Position numbers and translations under genes: made by a program. The notes below the pieces were generated by a model. That model was given only the letters and a program-made list of their open reading frames with translations. It did no database searches and was not told the DNA's origin. A DNA stretch of 61,694 nt, counting the filler, from Chiloscyllium plagiosum (lineage: Eukaryota): NCBI RefSeq assembly GCF_004010195.1. It is 4 parts of one record of this genome, joined end to end, with 100 filler letters (N's around TTAATTAATTAA, not from the genome) between each part and the next. Parts side by side here need not be neighbours in the genome. Positions count along the whole stretch, not along the records: positions 1 to 24,000 come from NC_057711.1; positions 24,101 to 37,610 come from NC_057711.1; 2 more parts are not named here. One strand, 5' to 3'. Each line of letters begins with the position of its first letter. Position 1 is the stretch's first letter. Of this stretch, positions 13,820 to 27,134 are shown one piece after another.

Positions 13820-14310
13820 TTCAACACTTTAACTCCCCTTCCCACCAGGCCAAGGACATGCAGGTCCTTGGCCTTCTCCATTGCCACATCCTAACCACCC
13901 AACGCCAGCAGAAAGAACATCTCATCTTCCGCCTTGGGGCCCTCCAACCACACGGCATCAATGTGGACTGCACCAGTTTCCTCATTTCCCCTCCTCCCAC
14001 CTTATCCCAGTTCCAATCTTCCAACTCAGCACCGCTCTCGTGACCTGTCCTACCTGTCCATCTTCCTTCCCACCTATTCGCTCCACCCTCCTCTCCAATC
14101 TATCACCATTTCTCACACCTCCATCTAGGTATTGCACTCTCAGCTACGTTCCCTCCCAGTTCCAACCCCCCCCGCCCCATTTATCTCTCCACCCCCTCGG
14201 CTCACAAGTCTCATTCTTGATGAAGGATTCTTGCCAGAACCGTCGATTCTCCTGCTCCTCATATATTGCCTGACCTGCTGTGCTTTTCCAACACCACACT
14301 CTCAACTGCA
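13820..14310 (+). mobile_element. PLE 3' fragment
   Basis: MQVLGLLH..EHLIFRLGALQPHGIN plus the 3' UTR shared with the copy at 26700-27134. Confidence 0.9.
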
Positions 14311-16261
14311 GCCTTTTCACTGTTAGTTGCTGATGTGCCTCTCCATGCAAGTCTGTGCTGCCCAAGCATCCTGGAAGTAGACGGAAGCAGTGCCATGATG
14401 ATCATGAGGGGCTAGCAAATGTTGAAACCAATATCTGTGACCAAGGGATGTATGCAGGTAGTGTCTATGGATCATGCCCTGAGATGCTGTTTGATATAGA
14501 GTAACATGGTGACTCCTTGCAGTGAGCTGACATAGTCAGGTAACTGCTCTGAATTGGAGTATTTGGTAAGAAAAGAACGTGAATATTAATGTGGTGGATT
14601 GTGGCGTTAGTAAGATGCTTAAAAGCTATTATCCACTTTAATTGGCAACTTGATGTTATCTAATGAGAAACCCACCTCACTACTCGGCAAATGCATAAAT
14701 GATGCGGCAAATTGCTCCCAACATTGAATCACTAGACTTTTCAATCAATTCAACCCTCACTACAGTCTACATCATTCAGAACCTACAAGATTCTGTCTAT
14801 AAATTCTTAATGGTAAAGCTTTATTAGCAACTTATCTTCATCACCCATTAATTAAAGAAATTCAGCACAATATTTCTTTGAAAAATCTTTCTGAAGAAGA
14901 TAAAATTTAATAAAATTGAAATGATTGTATAACTTAAAACACTGAATAGTAAAACCCTCTACACCTGCGAATCACTGAAAACACCTCCAATAGGTCTAAA
15001 GAAAATAATTTATTGAGAGAAAAAATAGCACTAACTACAATTAAAATGGAAAAAGATATTACAACTTCAAGTAAATTTAAAATTACAAATCCATCAGACA
15101 AAGTTTAAACTGGACTACATGGAAGAGACAATATTTGTGACAAAGAAACAAAAACAGAAGTTGCTAGAAAAGCTCAGCAGAGAAGAGAAATCAGAGTTTC
15201 GGGTCCAGTGACCCTTCCTCAGAACTCCATCTGCAATTCTTTTGTTTTTATTTGTGATATAGAATTAGTTTAGGATTACAGAAGAAGTTCAGAAAAGATC
15301 AAATGGACACGTTTCTTTATTCAGCAGATCTGATGGTGGATTATGTTTTTAAAAGGCAGAATTTAAGCGATAAATCAGATTATAAAAGCATTTGACAATT
15401 ACTTTACTAATCGAATAAAGAAGATTTACCAGAAGATTACAGCCTTTGGGTGAACCTGTATCAATGCTCTTTACACATTGTCAGAATGTTGCAAGTAACC
15501 CTAATCCTAACCCTATGATTTATAAGTAGAGCTAATTTGAGGGAGAACTGTAATCAGAATGTCTAATAAATCTCTTTGAGACATGTTTAGAATCAAAAGC
15601 AGATCTCATAATGGAAAATGTTATCCAGATTGTCATCAAATCTGAAATTTCAAAGCACCACAAGAGAATGATAGGAACAGAAAGCCAACTGAACACATTA
15701 ATTATACTGAACTTTGTCAATTTTCTAAAGAACAAAAAACCAAAACAATATATGATAGACCAACACAAAATGCCTTTATGCTCTTTTATGCTAGAAGTTA
15801 ATGTTCCAGGCGTAGAGTTAAAAAAGATACAAAAAGAGAAGCAATATCCAGCTTTATCACAACAATCCAAAATTTTCAAACAAATGGGACATTTCCAGAG
15901 AATGTGTAAACGTCAAGGTAACGATTGAATCACAGAATTAATCATGTTAATATACATAAGAGGTTAGTACCTTTGGAAGAAAATCCAGAAAATCAAAACA
16001 GAACTCCATTAGAACATTTATAGATATCATGATATACCAATTTTGGAAGGTTGTCTTTTCTTGGCTATAATAGTTAACTCATCTCAGCCAAATATGACAG
16101 ATCATGAAAGGATATCAAACTCATTGCAAGTTTGACAATGAGGCAAGTATTATTTGATAAGAGAATCATACGATGCATGCATCTCATTGTTCAAAATCAA
16201 AGGAATGCTCTTAAATTACAGAGAATCCAAACCCTATGAACAAGCAAATCAATCCCTAGGA

Positions 16262-16538
16262 TATAGAGTAATAGGATTCCCTACTGTGAGAAGCAGGCTA
16301 TTCGGGCCATCGAGTCAACACTGAGCTTCCCACCCAGACCCACTCCTCTATCCTATAACATTGCATTTGCCATGGCTCATCCACCAAGCCTGCACATCCT
16401 TGGACACTATGGGCAATTTAGCATGGCCAATCCACCTAATTTGTGTATCTTTGAACTGTGGGAGGAAACCAGGGGAAATCCACCTAAGGATGAAATTGAA
16501 CCCGGGTTGCTAGCACTGTGAGGCACCGTACTGCCCCG
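16262..16538 (-). mobile_element. HE1-type SINE
   Basis: Similar to 35071-35360. Confidence 0.75.
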
Positions 16539-18380
16539 GTAGAAAGAACTAGGATGACCACTCTGGGTTATGTATATCGGAGGTCTCTGCACTGCCTGGG
16601 TTCATAGGCACCATGGCTCAAAATTGTTCTGCAAAAGTCTTTTGGCATTAATTGGAGAGAAGTTGTCCTATTAAGCAGAACTATCAATATCTGCCATGAG
16701 CTGTTCAACTAGTCAAAGGCTGATTCTCTCTTGTGCGGGAGACAAACATCCTATGAAGGATGAACAGCAAAAAGGGAAGTGGCACCAGTAGACTAGTCTG
16801 CCTAGGCCCAGAAGCAAGAAGGGAGAGCAGCTACAGATGGCGTTCAGGAGGCCAAAGATGGAAAGAAGAACAGGAAGGCCCAAAGCTGGAAAATACAATG
16901 TCATTGGCACTGGGGGAGGAGGTAGCACCAAACCGCTCTATGAACAGCCCTGGGAACAAGTGTACATCAACAAAAATCAACATTTCCCACTTAGGAGCAG
17001 AAAAGGCTGTTTTATTCTTCAAGCTCTACAGTAGATTGATGAACATTGACCAGCTTAGAAGCCAAATACCAGCAATCAATTCTACAAGATATGGCTTCAT
17101 ATGTCTCAGTAAAACATTTACTGAATTTAAGAGAGAATATACGTCACTCCAGTTAATTATGTTGATGTCTGACAGTTCACAGCTGAGAGACCAGGTGAGA
17201 TTCCTGATTCACTGGTGTGGGGGCATTATTAAAATTGTTTTCCAAACATGGACAAATCTTCAGATAATCTTGACACCACAACTACCAGGACTTAACAGTG
17301 TACTTTTATCAAATCAATTATTTAGAAGAAGCAGAACCAAGACTGTATAATCTATTAATAGCTTAGATCAATACGAGCAAGAAGAATTGGTGGCTGAATT
17401 TATCAGAAATTCTTTATAAGAGCATGCCGAAAAATTCCATATACTTCCATGTAAAATATTCAGAGCAGGTTTTGGTCTTTTCACAAGACAAGAATCAATT
17501 AATCTCCTCTTATAGTCTGTGTGGGACGGCCACAGACTTCCTGTCTTCTGTGGTCGAGACTATCCTTTGCATCAGATAAATCTGAGCACTTTAAAGTCCT
17601 TTATGGTGCCCTAAGAATTGCGATGTTGCAGCACCATATATTTAAATATTGCATTGGTATGAAGAAGCGCTTCAATTGCAAAATCACCATGGTGTTTCAG
17701 ATTCTGTTCCTGACAAATCTGTTTTCCTACACATTTTCTTTCAGTAACTCTTCTGCTCTCCTATATAATTGAGAACAAATGTACAACATTGAATGCTTCA
17801 AGCTGCCACAAACCAAACAAGCTTGACAGGCAATCTGACCAATTATCAGCAGCAATTCAATTTCAATTTCACGAAGGCAGTGAAATAATTGCACATGAAC
17901 AAGTATTAGCAACTACATGAATCAAACTAATCGCTACTTCTAATATTTAGTGTGTTCTTTATTTTTGTTCCTTAAAATTCTGGAAACATTTGAATTGATC
18001 AACACCAATAACAAATCTGTTTTAAGGCTATGAATGCACACTGTTATCTGATCATTTAAACAAAAAGGTAGATTACTTCTGTCTCATTTGCATTATCCTA
18101 TCCATCACCATTTCAGTCTAATCCATAAATGACTTTTGAAAGACAATTGCAGTAGAATCCAAAGTGATAAGGCATATGGCTCTGCAAGTATGGCTCAGGG
18201 GAATCACATTAACACTTTCAAAGGAGAGGATAACCAATTGTGAAGAAAGGAATGGAATGATATGTTGATGGAGTTAAGAACCTGTTGGGCTGAATGGCCT
18301 GCTGCTGTGCTATTAACAATTCATAATGCCTTCTGAGTCCTAAGGAAGGTTGAACAAGCTAAGCTTGTATCCACTGGAGT

Positions 18381-18737
18381 CAAAAAGTGTGGGGCTGGAA
18401 AATGCACAGCAGGTCAGGCAGCATTTGAAGAGCAGGAGAGATGTTGCCTGACCTTCTGTGCTTTTTCTAGTGCCACACTTTTCAACTCTGACTCTCCAGC
18501 ATCTGTAGTCCTCACTTTCTCCTTATATCCACTGGAGTTTAGTACAATAAGAGGTGACTTGATCAAAGCAAACAAGCCCCTGAGGAGAGTTGACAGGATA
18601 AATGCATAGAGGCAAGAATACAGTGGTGCTGGAAAAGCACAGCAGGTCAGTCAGCATCTGAGGAGCAGGAAAATCGACGTTTTGGGCAAAAGCCCTTCCT
18701 GATGAAACTCCAGCACCTGCAGTACCCATCTCCACCA
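18381..18737. mobile_element. Two adjacent short fold-back PLE-derived inserts in an old CR1
   Basis: Inserts at 18381-18522 (TSD tt(g/a)tatccactggagt) and about 18610-18737 (TSD aggataaatgcata), both built from PLE 3' terminal sequence. Confidence 0.8.
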
Positions 18738-20671
18738 AGGATAAATGCATACTCTTGTGGGAGAATCTGGAACTAAAGATCACTATTTAAAAATAAGAGC
18801 TTAGCATTTAAGACAGAGAACAGGATTTTTTTCATAGAGGTTTGAAAGTCTTTGGAATTTGCTTCCTGAAAAATTGATGAACCTAGACACTTCAATTTTT
18901 TTTTAAGGCAGATCCTTGATAAACAAAGAGTGAAAGGTGATTGGGGTAGTCATGAACATGGAGTAATCAAATCAGCCATGGTCTTATTGAATGGTGGTTT
19001 AGGCTTCAGATGCTGAATAGCCTAATTCTGCTCCAAGTTCATATGCTCACTCTTTGAGAACCCAAATTCTGTTGTGACTAACCCAATGTGACATAGCATG
19101 ATTAGGTTCACTTGGTTACAGCACATCCAATTTAAAACATATTTGTTGTTTTCTTGCAGGAAATACATTAAAAATTCTGATTAATCGTGGAGTGCTAATT
19201 TGCTCGTAGACCATATTATTCAATTTAATATTAGCAGATAATGATATTTTCAGTAATACTATCAGAAGGGAGAGATACAGCCTCAGAAACTAAGCAGCTA
19301 CCTTTATGTACATTATTGTACAGAGAATGACCTATATACATCATAAGTGAATCTCAATATCTTCAGCATACAGAAGCAAATCTAGTCATTCAGTAGTGAA
19401 CCAAATTACCACACAAGAGACTATTCACCTCATCTTGCCCTTGTCTGCTCAAATTCCTACTCTTCCTATATTAACACTGTCACTACATGTCAAAAGTACT
19501 TTCATCAGTTGTAACCCACTACAGAACATACTCAGGTTGTAAAGCGTGCCATATAACTGCAAATTCTTTCTTACATCTCTCACATCTTTATGTACTTCCT
19601 AACGAGTACATAACCAATTATTTTTATATATTATTTTTGGTACTGTGCCATGTTTCTTCGAGTAAAGTATTTATTACCTACTGATACTAGTAACAGTCTA
19701 ACTTCCAGTTAATTCTAACTTCTTTCCTCATGTCTCAAAGGACAGCCCATAGTCTATGGTCTCACTACCAACCTACGTGTGAATACAAATTGTCACATTT
19801 TAATGTTCTTAGAAATCTTGAAAACCTGTTTTTGAAAACTTGCATTACAAAGCCATGTTGTAGATCAAATCTTCACCAATGCACATTACAGTATAATATT
19901 TATCTGGTATTTTTTGCTACTATTCTCTGGTTGGAATTATGGAGCCCGCTTGGTGGAGTGTGGTAAACAAAGATTATTTGGTAGTCTAATTAGAGAAGCT
20001 TTTGTCTTAAATAAGATGTAGTTGATAGCATAATAGTAACTATGTACAAGGAGAAATATTGTTACAGACTATGAGGAAGACCCAGATGGTAAATTTTACT
20101 CCTTTGAGATTCTGAGCTGTTGTCCCAACAGTCCATATGCCATTATCATAATGGATAGTGCTGAAGGCACCCTTTAGACCCTTATACCTTGATACAACTC
20201 CACAAAACTTGCCTATTCCAATTAAAAATGCCTAATTTATCTTGCAGCTTTTCATGACTATGACTTCTTATAAGTTGTCGGCTCCACTGGAGAACTCTTG
20301 GTCTTCTGATTTCCATATGACTTAAAGTCACTATAACATCGATCCTTTCATACACACTCTTTAGTTAGTCATAAAGTAAAGGTACAGATAGCCCTTTAAT
20401 CCACATCTCCACCCAAGTTCTTTCACATTATCCTTTTTAATCAGTAACATTTAACCATTAATGTTTGTTACTACTCCCACTTTACCCTCCACCAACCTTC
20501 AAAGCCTCTTTCGTTTGAGCAACTAATCTCCATCAGTGTCCCAAGCTCTCCTGAAGGACATGTAGGAAGGCGACAATGGGTTAAAATGGGATTGGGCCTT
20601 TTCTGCAGCCAAGAAGATTTCTGGAATTCTATCAGAATTCTAACAGACAATAAAAGTCTGCCGTTGTCAAG

Positions 20672-20881
20672 AAAGAAAGGACTGCAGATGCTGGAGAGTC
20701 AGAGTTGGTAAAGCGTGGCACTGGAAAAAGCACAGCAGGTCAGGCAGCATTCGAGGAGCAGGAGAGTTGATGTTTCAGGAAGGATCCTCCTGAGGAAGAG
20801 TCCTGCTTGAAACATCAACTCTCTTGCTCCTCAGAAGCTGCCTGGCCTGCTGTGCTTTCTCTAGTGCCACACTTTATCAAC
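20672..20881. mobile_element. Short palindromic PLE-derived insert
   Basis: Inverted arms meet at a hammerhead-like core. TSD cgttgtcaa. Confidence 0.85.
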
Positions 20882-21199
20882 GTTGTCAAAAAAAGACAGG
20901 TTGCTGAACCAGAATCTGTAAAATATCCCTGCATTATAAATGTGGTCTGCTGGCAAAATGGCAAATTAGTTTACTGCCTTGTTTCCCAAAAGATTATCTT
21001 CATTCTGCAGGTATTATTAGCAAAGACTTGCTTCTCTATGGTAGTCTTCTGTGAATTTAGTAAGATTTATTTCTCTCTCTCTCAAGTTTATTTTTCAAAC
21101 AGAAGATCATCACTTATTCATCAAAGTAGAACATTTTCCTCACCAAATAATAAGAAATCCTGGAGCTATAAATATTTTTGCAAAAGTGGATTTCCATCA

Positions 21200-21545
21200 A
21201 CCATCACTTTGTTTGACTATTGAAATTTTGATAAGGCTTCTTCCTGCACCCCTAGGCAACGCAGTCCCACATGAGCTCTTTATTCAAGGTTCCATATTGG
21301 CAATTATCCGTGAGACACTATACATCATTCATATAAGAATCACTGGTTTCCCCTGGCTCCTGATTGCATTGATCAAGCATTGACTGATCTATAACTGAGT
21401 TTCATCTTACACTGAAATTAGGTGTTAAAAACATTTATTGTATTGTGGTATGTTACAGTTTCTTCTGCTACTCCTTGTCTGGTGAGAATTGCAATAATAC
21501 AACGACCTGGTCTTTGGCTTTTTAATGAGGCTTGAAATACTGCAT
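21200..21545 (-). mobile_element. Second decayed Ty3/Gypsy gag fragment
   Basis: Minus strand reads QCNQEPGETSDSYMNDV*CLTDNCQYGTLNKELMWDCV, matching the Gypsy gag QxxGE...CxY..L..ELIRD motif. Confidence 0.7.
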
Positions 21546-21549
21546 TATA

Positions 21550-23350
21550 GAAGCATAGAATGGTATAGTTTTTAGAGCACAGAAAAGGTCCTTCAGTCTA
21601 TCATGTCCATGCCAGTCAGCAAGTACCTATCTATTCTAATTCCATTTTTTCAGAATTTCACAGTGGCCTTGTATGTAACCTTGCATTTCAAGTGTTCACT
21701 TAAAGAGTTCTTAAGTGTCTTGTGGGTCCCAACATCTACCACCCTTTCAGACAGTAAGTTCCAGACATCCATGACACTAAAACTTTCCTCAAATCCATGA
21801 CATTAAAACTTTCCTCAAATCTTCTCTAAATCTTCTGCTCCTTACCTTAAAACTTTGTCCACTGGTTATTGATCCCCTCTACTATGGGGAAGAGTTTCTA
21901 TCTATTTACCATGTCTATACCCCTCAGAGCTTTCTACAGCTCAATCAGATTCCCCCCCCCCCCCTCACCCCCAAACTTCTCAACTTTCTTTGCTCTAAGC
22001 AAGAACAATCCTAGACTATCTTGGTACCTCTTCGGAGCTGAAACACTCCAGTGAAAATCGTGGTGAATGCCTGGTGCAGGAGAAAGTGAGGACTGCAGAC
22101 GCTGGAGATCAGAGTCAAGAGAGCGGTGCTGGAAAAGCACAGCAAGTCAGGCAGCATCCGAGGAGCAGGAGAATCGACATTTCGGGCTTAAGCCTGATAA
22201 AGGGCTTATGACTAAAACATTGATTCTCCTGCTCCTCAGATGCTGTCTGACCTGCTGTGCTTTTCTATCACCACACTCTCGAATCCCTGGTGTAATCATA
22301 TCCTTCCTATAGTGTGACAATCTTGAGTGCATACAGTACACTAGCTATGGCTAACTAATAGTCTGCATAGCTGCATCATAACTCCTTACTCTTGCATTCT
22401 GTGCCTTGACTAATAAAGACAAATATTTTAGATGCTTTCTGTTATGGACTGGGCCAGACTACTCAAAACATACTTGAGCAGGCAACCCAGACGATGACTT
22501 TGCAATTTGTTTTGGTAAGTGTGCAGTGTAAATTACCCATAGTAAGTTAGCTAGGTTGACTACTAGGTTCTAAAAATAGAAATGTATTCAAAAATTACAC
22601 AATGAAACACAAAGAACAGAATAAAGAACCCCTACAGAACTCAATCTATCCAAACTAGATTTAATTATGCTGTTCTGAATATGCACAACAGTCCCAATAA
22701 GCAAACCCCCTTAAAAAACATTAAAAGAATGGAACAGATGCTTACAGGTTGAAGTTAGAAGGGCAGAAAGAGAGACAGAGAGAGTTTCCACCCAGCTCAC
22801 TGTTGAACTCTAACTAGTTCTGGACTGAACTGCTCAGGAGAGCTGACCATTCCCATTTCATTATACAGGTCACTTCTAAAACATGACCACTTTGGCCTGA
22901 AGTCTCATCTGTTTACATATAAACAAAAACGCCTCTCAATACCCTTTAATCTCTGTACCAAACCAGTCTAATTAGAACCGGGAGCTGGTTTATGACCCTG
23001 CTGAGAAAAACCAAGGACACAGTATCCTTGAGAAAAAGAACAGCTTTTAGAAAAAGGACCAGTTTTGTGACACTTCTTAGCCACCTTATCTACCTGTCCT
23101 ACTGTCTTTAAAAGTCTATCAACCTACATAGCAAGGTAGCTGTGATCCTTTACATACTAGAGTCCTAACATTGAATATATACTCACTTGCCTTGTTAGTT
23201 CTCCCAAAATACATCACTCTACAATTTTCAGGATTCGCTTATCACTGTTCAACCCATCTCATCAGCATGTGAATATTGTGCTATGGTTTAAGACTTTTCT
23301 TCACATTATGTACCACACTAGCAATTTTTGTGTCATCTGTGAACTTACCA
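21550..23350 (-). mobile_element. Old CR1 LINE split by a PLE insert (about 22078-22283) and a solo LTR
   Basis: CR1 3' UTR near 21550 and RT motifs up to 23350. The sequence is contiguous across both insertions. Confidence 0.7.
22440..23072 (-). mobile_element. Solo LTR, family A
   Basis: TGTTAT...GTGACA termini with 4-bp flanks tttc/cttc. A second copy lies at 29383-30228. Orientation is inferred from TATA/polyA-like motifs. Confidence 0.85.
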
Positions 23351-23398
23351 AACAGACTTTCTGTATATCAAGATCTTTAATGTACATTATAAATAGCA

Positions 23399-24000
23399 AG
23401 GGAGCCAGCACCAAAACTGGACACAGTACTCCAAATGGGGCCTAACCAGAGCTTTATAAAGTCTCAGTAGCACAATGGTGCTTTTATATTCCAACCCTCT
23501 TGAGATAAATGACAACATTGCATTCACTTTCTTATTCACGGACTCAACCTGCATGTTTACCTTTAAAGAATCCTCGACTAGCACTCCCAGATCACTTTGT
23601 ACTTTGGCTTTATGAATTTTCTCACTGTTTAGAAAATAGTCCATGCTTGTATTCTTTTTTCCAAAGTGCAGGACCTCGCATTTGCTCACATTGAATTCCA
23701 TCAGCCATTTCTTGGATCACTCTCCCAAACTGTCTAGATCCTTCTGCAGACTCCCCACTTCCTCAGTACTACCTGCCTGTCCACCTAACTTCGTATCATC
23801 GGCAAACTTCACTAGAAATAGTCCCTTCATCCAGATCATTAATATATAACGTGAACGGCTGCGGCCCCAACACTGAACCCTGCGGGACCGGCTGCCATTC
23901 CGAAAAAGAACCTTTTATCCCAACTCTCTACCTTCTGTCAGACAGCCAATCCTCAATCCATATCAGTAGCTCACCTCGAACACCATGGGCCCTCACCTTG
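23399..24000 (-). mobile_element. Young CR1 LINE RT fragment
   Basis: ORF 23387-23701 reads MEFNVSKCEVLHFG...[13 protein letters not shown]. Confidence 0.9.
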
Positions 24001-24100
24001 NNNNNNNNNNNNNNNNNNNNNNNNNNNNNNNNNNNNNNNNNNNNTTAATTAATTAANNNNNNNNNNNNNNNNNNNNNNNNNNNNNNNNNNNNNNNNNNNN
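24001..24100. other. Assembly gap with TTAATTAATTAA spacer
   Basis: 100-nt N run with a central palindromic stop linker. The same pattern occurs at 37611-37710 and 55284-55383. Confidence 0.95.
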
Positions 24101-24370
24101 ATTAAGGGTTGGTAGGTATAGGACAGATGTTAGGGGTAGGTTCTTTACTCAGCGAGTCGTGAGTTCATGGAATGCCCTGCCAGTAGCAGTGGTGGACTCT
24201 CCCTCATTATGGGCATTTAAGCGGGCATTGGATAGGCATATGGAGGATAGTGGGCTAGTGTAGGTTAGGTGGGCTTGGATCGGCGCAACATCGAGGGCCG
24301 AAGGGCCTGTACTGCGCTGTATTCTTCTATGTTCTATGTTCTATGTTCTATGTTCACTGTTCTATGTTCT
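24101..24370 (+). mobile_element. CR1 LINE 3' end with (TTCTATG)n tail
   Basis: 3' UTR ggcgcaacatcgagggccgaagggcctg and a heptamer tail, as at 39440-39497. Confidence 0.9.
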
Positions 24371-24477
24371 TCTGCTGTTTTCACCATCAGTTTAACTTAT
24401 GCTCCCCGTCCATCATGGCTGTAAACCGAAAGAAAGAACACAAAGTATTCCTAAGTCTGCCGCTTCATCATTAAAAC

Positions 24478-27134
24478 CACCCCAACCTATAACTCATGAC
24501 CTCATTATCTCACACGGCCTCATGACTCCATCCTGTTCCCTGAGGGGAACATCACCCCTGCTCATGTCTCCACCCCCATTTCTCCTACCACCGCGCCCAC
24601 TTCAGTTACAGTCTCCACCCCTACTCCCTGCTCCACACCTACCCCAGGTCCTAGCTCCCAGCACTGCCAATTTTCACCAAGCCCCCAGACCTCCCTCTCA
24701 CTGAGGACGAACGATCAGTCCTCAACAAAGGCCTTACCTTCATCCCCCTCTGTCCACACATCAATGAATTTAATACACGTCGTGATGTCAAACACTTCTT
24801 CCACCGCCTCCGCCTCCAAACTTACTTTTACAATCAGGATTCCTGCCCACCTTCCGAGGACCCCTTCACCCGCCTCCAACACACTCCATCCACCCGGACA
24901 CCCCATGCTGGCCTATTACCCGCCCTCGATCTCTTCATTTCCAACTGCTGCCAAGACGTTAGCCCCCTTAACCTGTTTACCCCTCTCCCCCACTCCAACC
25001 TCTCACCCTCACAACGCGCAGCTGTCCACTCCCTCTGCTCCAATTCCAACCTCAACATCAAACCAGCAGATAAAGGGGGTGCAGCGGTAGTCTGGCGCAA
25101 TGACCTCTACACCACTAAAGCCAGATACCAACTCGAAGACACCTCCTCCTACCGCTCCCTTGACCATGACCTCACCCCCTCCCATCACCAAACCATCTCC
25201 CAGACCATATAGAAATGCATCACCTCAGGAGATCTCCCAACCACAGCTTCCAACCTCATAGTCCAGGAACCCCGCACCGCCTGACTCTACCTTCTTCTCA
25301 AGATCCACAAGCCTGACCACCCTGGCCGACCCTTTGTCTCAGCCTGCTCCTGCCCCACCAAACTCATATCCACTTACCTCGATACTGTCCTATCCCACTC
25401 ATCCAGGAACTCCCCACATAGGTTCGAGACATCACCCACGCCTTCCACCTCCTCCAAGACTTCTGTTTCCCCAGCCCCCAACACCTCATCTTCACCATGA
25501 ACATCCAATCCCTCTACACTTCCATCTGCCATGACCAGGACCTCCAAGCCCTCTGTTTCTTCCTCTCCTGACTTCCCCAACAGTACCCTTCCACTGACAC
25601 TCTCATTCGTTTGGCTAAAATGGTCCTCACCCTTAATAATTTCTCCTTCATATCCTCCCACTTCCTCCAGATGAATGGGGTAGCCATGGGCACCAGTATG
25701 GGCCCCAGCTGTGCCTGTCTCTTTGTTGGCTACGTAGAACAGTCCATCTTCCGTAGTTACACCGGCACCACTCCCCACCTCTTTCTCCGTTACATTGATG
25801 ACTGCATTGGCGCCACCTCATGCTCCCACGAGGAGGTTGAGCAGTTCGTCAACTTCACCAACACATTCCACCCCGACCTTAAATTCATCTGGACCATCTC
25901 TGACACCTCCCTCCCCTTCCTGGACCTCTCCATCTCCATTAATGATGACCGACTTGACACTGACATTTTTTACAAACCCACCGACTCTCACAGCTATCTG
26001 GATTACACCTCTTCCCACCCTACCTCCTGCATAAATGCTATCCCGTATTCCCAATTCCTCCGTCTCTGCCATATCTTCTCCCAGGAGGACCAGTTCCACC
26101 ACAGAACACACCAGATGGCCTCCTTCTTTAGAGACCGCAATTTCCCTTCCCACATGGTTGAAGATGCCCTCCAACGCATCTCGTTCACATCCCGCACCTC
26201 CACCCTCAAACCCCACCCCTTCAACCGTAACAAGGCCAGAACCTCCCTGGTCCTCACCTTCCACCCTACCAACCTTCACATAAACCTTATCATCCACCGA
26301 TATTTCCGCCACCTCCAAACAGACCTCACCACCAGGGATGTATTTCCCTCCCCACCCCTTTCACTTTTCCGCAAAGACCGTTCCCTCCGTGACTACCTGG
26401 TCAGGTCCATGCCGCCCTACAACCCACCCTCCCATCCTGGCACTTTCCCCTGCCACCGCAGGAACTGTAAAACGTCCCCAAGGAGCCTTCCACATCCATC
26501 AAAGTTTCACCTGCACATCCACCAATGTCATTTATTATATTTGTTGCTCCCAATGCAGTCTCCTCTACATTGGGGAGACTGGACACCTTCTTGCAGAGTG
26601 CTTCAAGGAACATCTCTGGGACACCAACACCAATCAACCCCACCGCCCCAGGGCCCAACACTTCAACTCCCCCTCCCACTCTGCCGAGGACATGCAGGTC
26701 CTGGGCCTCCTCCACCGCCACTCACTCACCACACAACACCTGGAGGAAGAATGCCTCATCTTCCGGTTTGGAACACTTCGACCCCAGGGCATCAATGTGT
26801 ACTTCACCAGTTTCCTCTTTTCCCCTACCCCCTCCTTACCCCAGCTCCAACCTTCCGGCTCAGCACCATCCTCATGACCTGTCCTACCTGCCAATCTTCC
26901 TTCCCACCTATCTGCTCCACCCTTCTCTCTGACCTATCACCTTTATCCCCATCCCATCCAACTATTGTACTCTTTGTTACCTTCTCCCCAGCCCTAACCC
27001 CTCCCATTTATCTCTCCACCCCGGAGACCCCCTGGCTTCATTCCTGATGAAGGGCTTTTGCCCGAAACGTCGATTTTCCTGCTCCTCGGATGCTGCCTGA
27101 CCCGCTGTGCTTTTTCAGCACCACATTCTCGACT
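24478..27134 (+). mobile_element. Large Penelope-like element (Neptune-like): RT, Cys-rich linker and GIY-YIG, frameshifted
   Basis: IKPADKG, GVAMGTSMGP and LRYIDD RT motifs (ORF 25611-27047), PCHRRNCKT linker, VIYYICCSQCSLLYIGETG (ORF 26338-26877), and a hammerhead in the 3' repeat. Confidence 0.95.
27044..27071 (+). ncRNA. Minimal hammerhead ribozyme motif of PLE
   Basis: CTGATGA-A-GGGC TTTT GCCC-GAAAC-GTC: conserved core, stem II and palindromic ACGT stem III. Confidence 0.8.

Larger units (their letters stand above)
10754..17160 (+). mobile_element. Decayed Ty3/Gypsy LTR retrotransposon (5' LTR, PBS, gag, protease), split by later insertions
   Basis: Putative LTR TGTTAAG..AATAAA..AAAACA (about 10754-12135), then TGGCACCC. 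Gag core 15260-15670, decayed knuckle YPALSQQ..KQMGHFQRMCK (15840-15915), protease-like CKFDNEASII (about 16125-16156) and EQVYINKNQHFPLRSRKGC (about 16955-17010). Confidence 0.7.

Noticed and set aside
16760..17350. 196-aa ORF
   Set aside because: No coherent domain. It partly overlaps decayed Gypsy protease/pol remnants, some in another frame, so it is probably a chance open frame.
21051..21383. Strong polypyrimidine acceptor plus 110-138 aa plus-strand ORFs
   Set aside because: The opposite strand is a decayed Gypsy gag, and the plus-strand translations are unrecognisable.
24045..24056. TTAATTAATTAA palindrome repeated three times inside N runs (also 37655 and 55328)
   Set aside because: Scaffolding spacer with stops in all six frames, not biological sequence.
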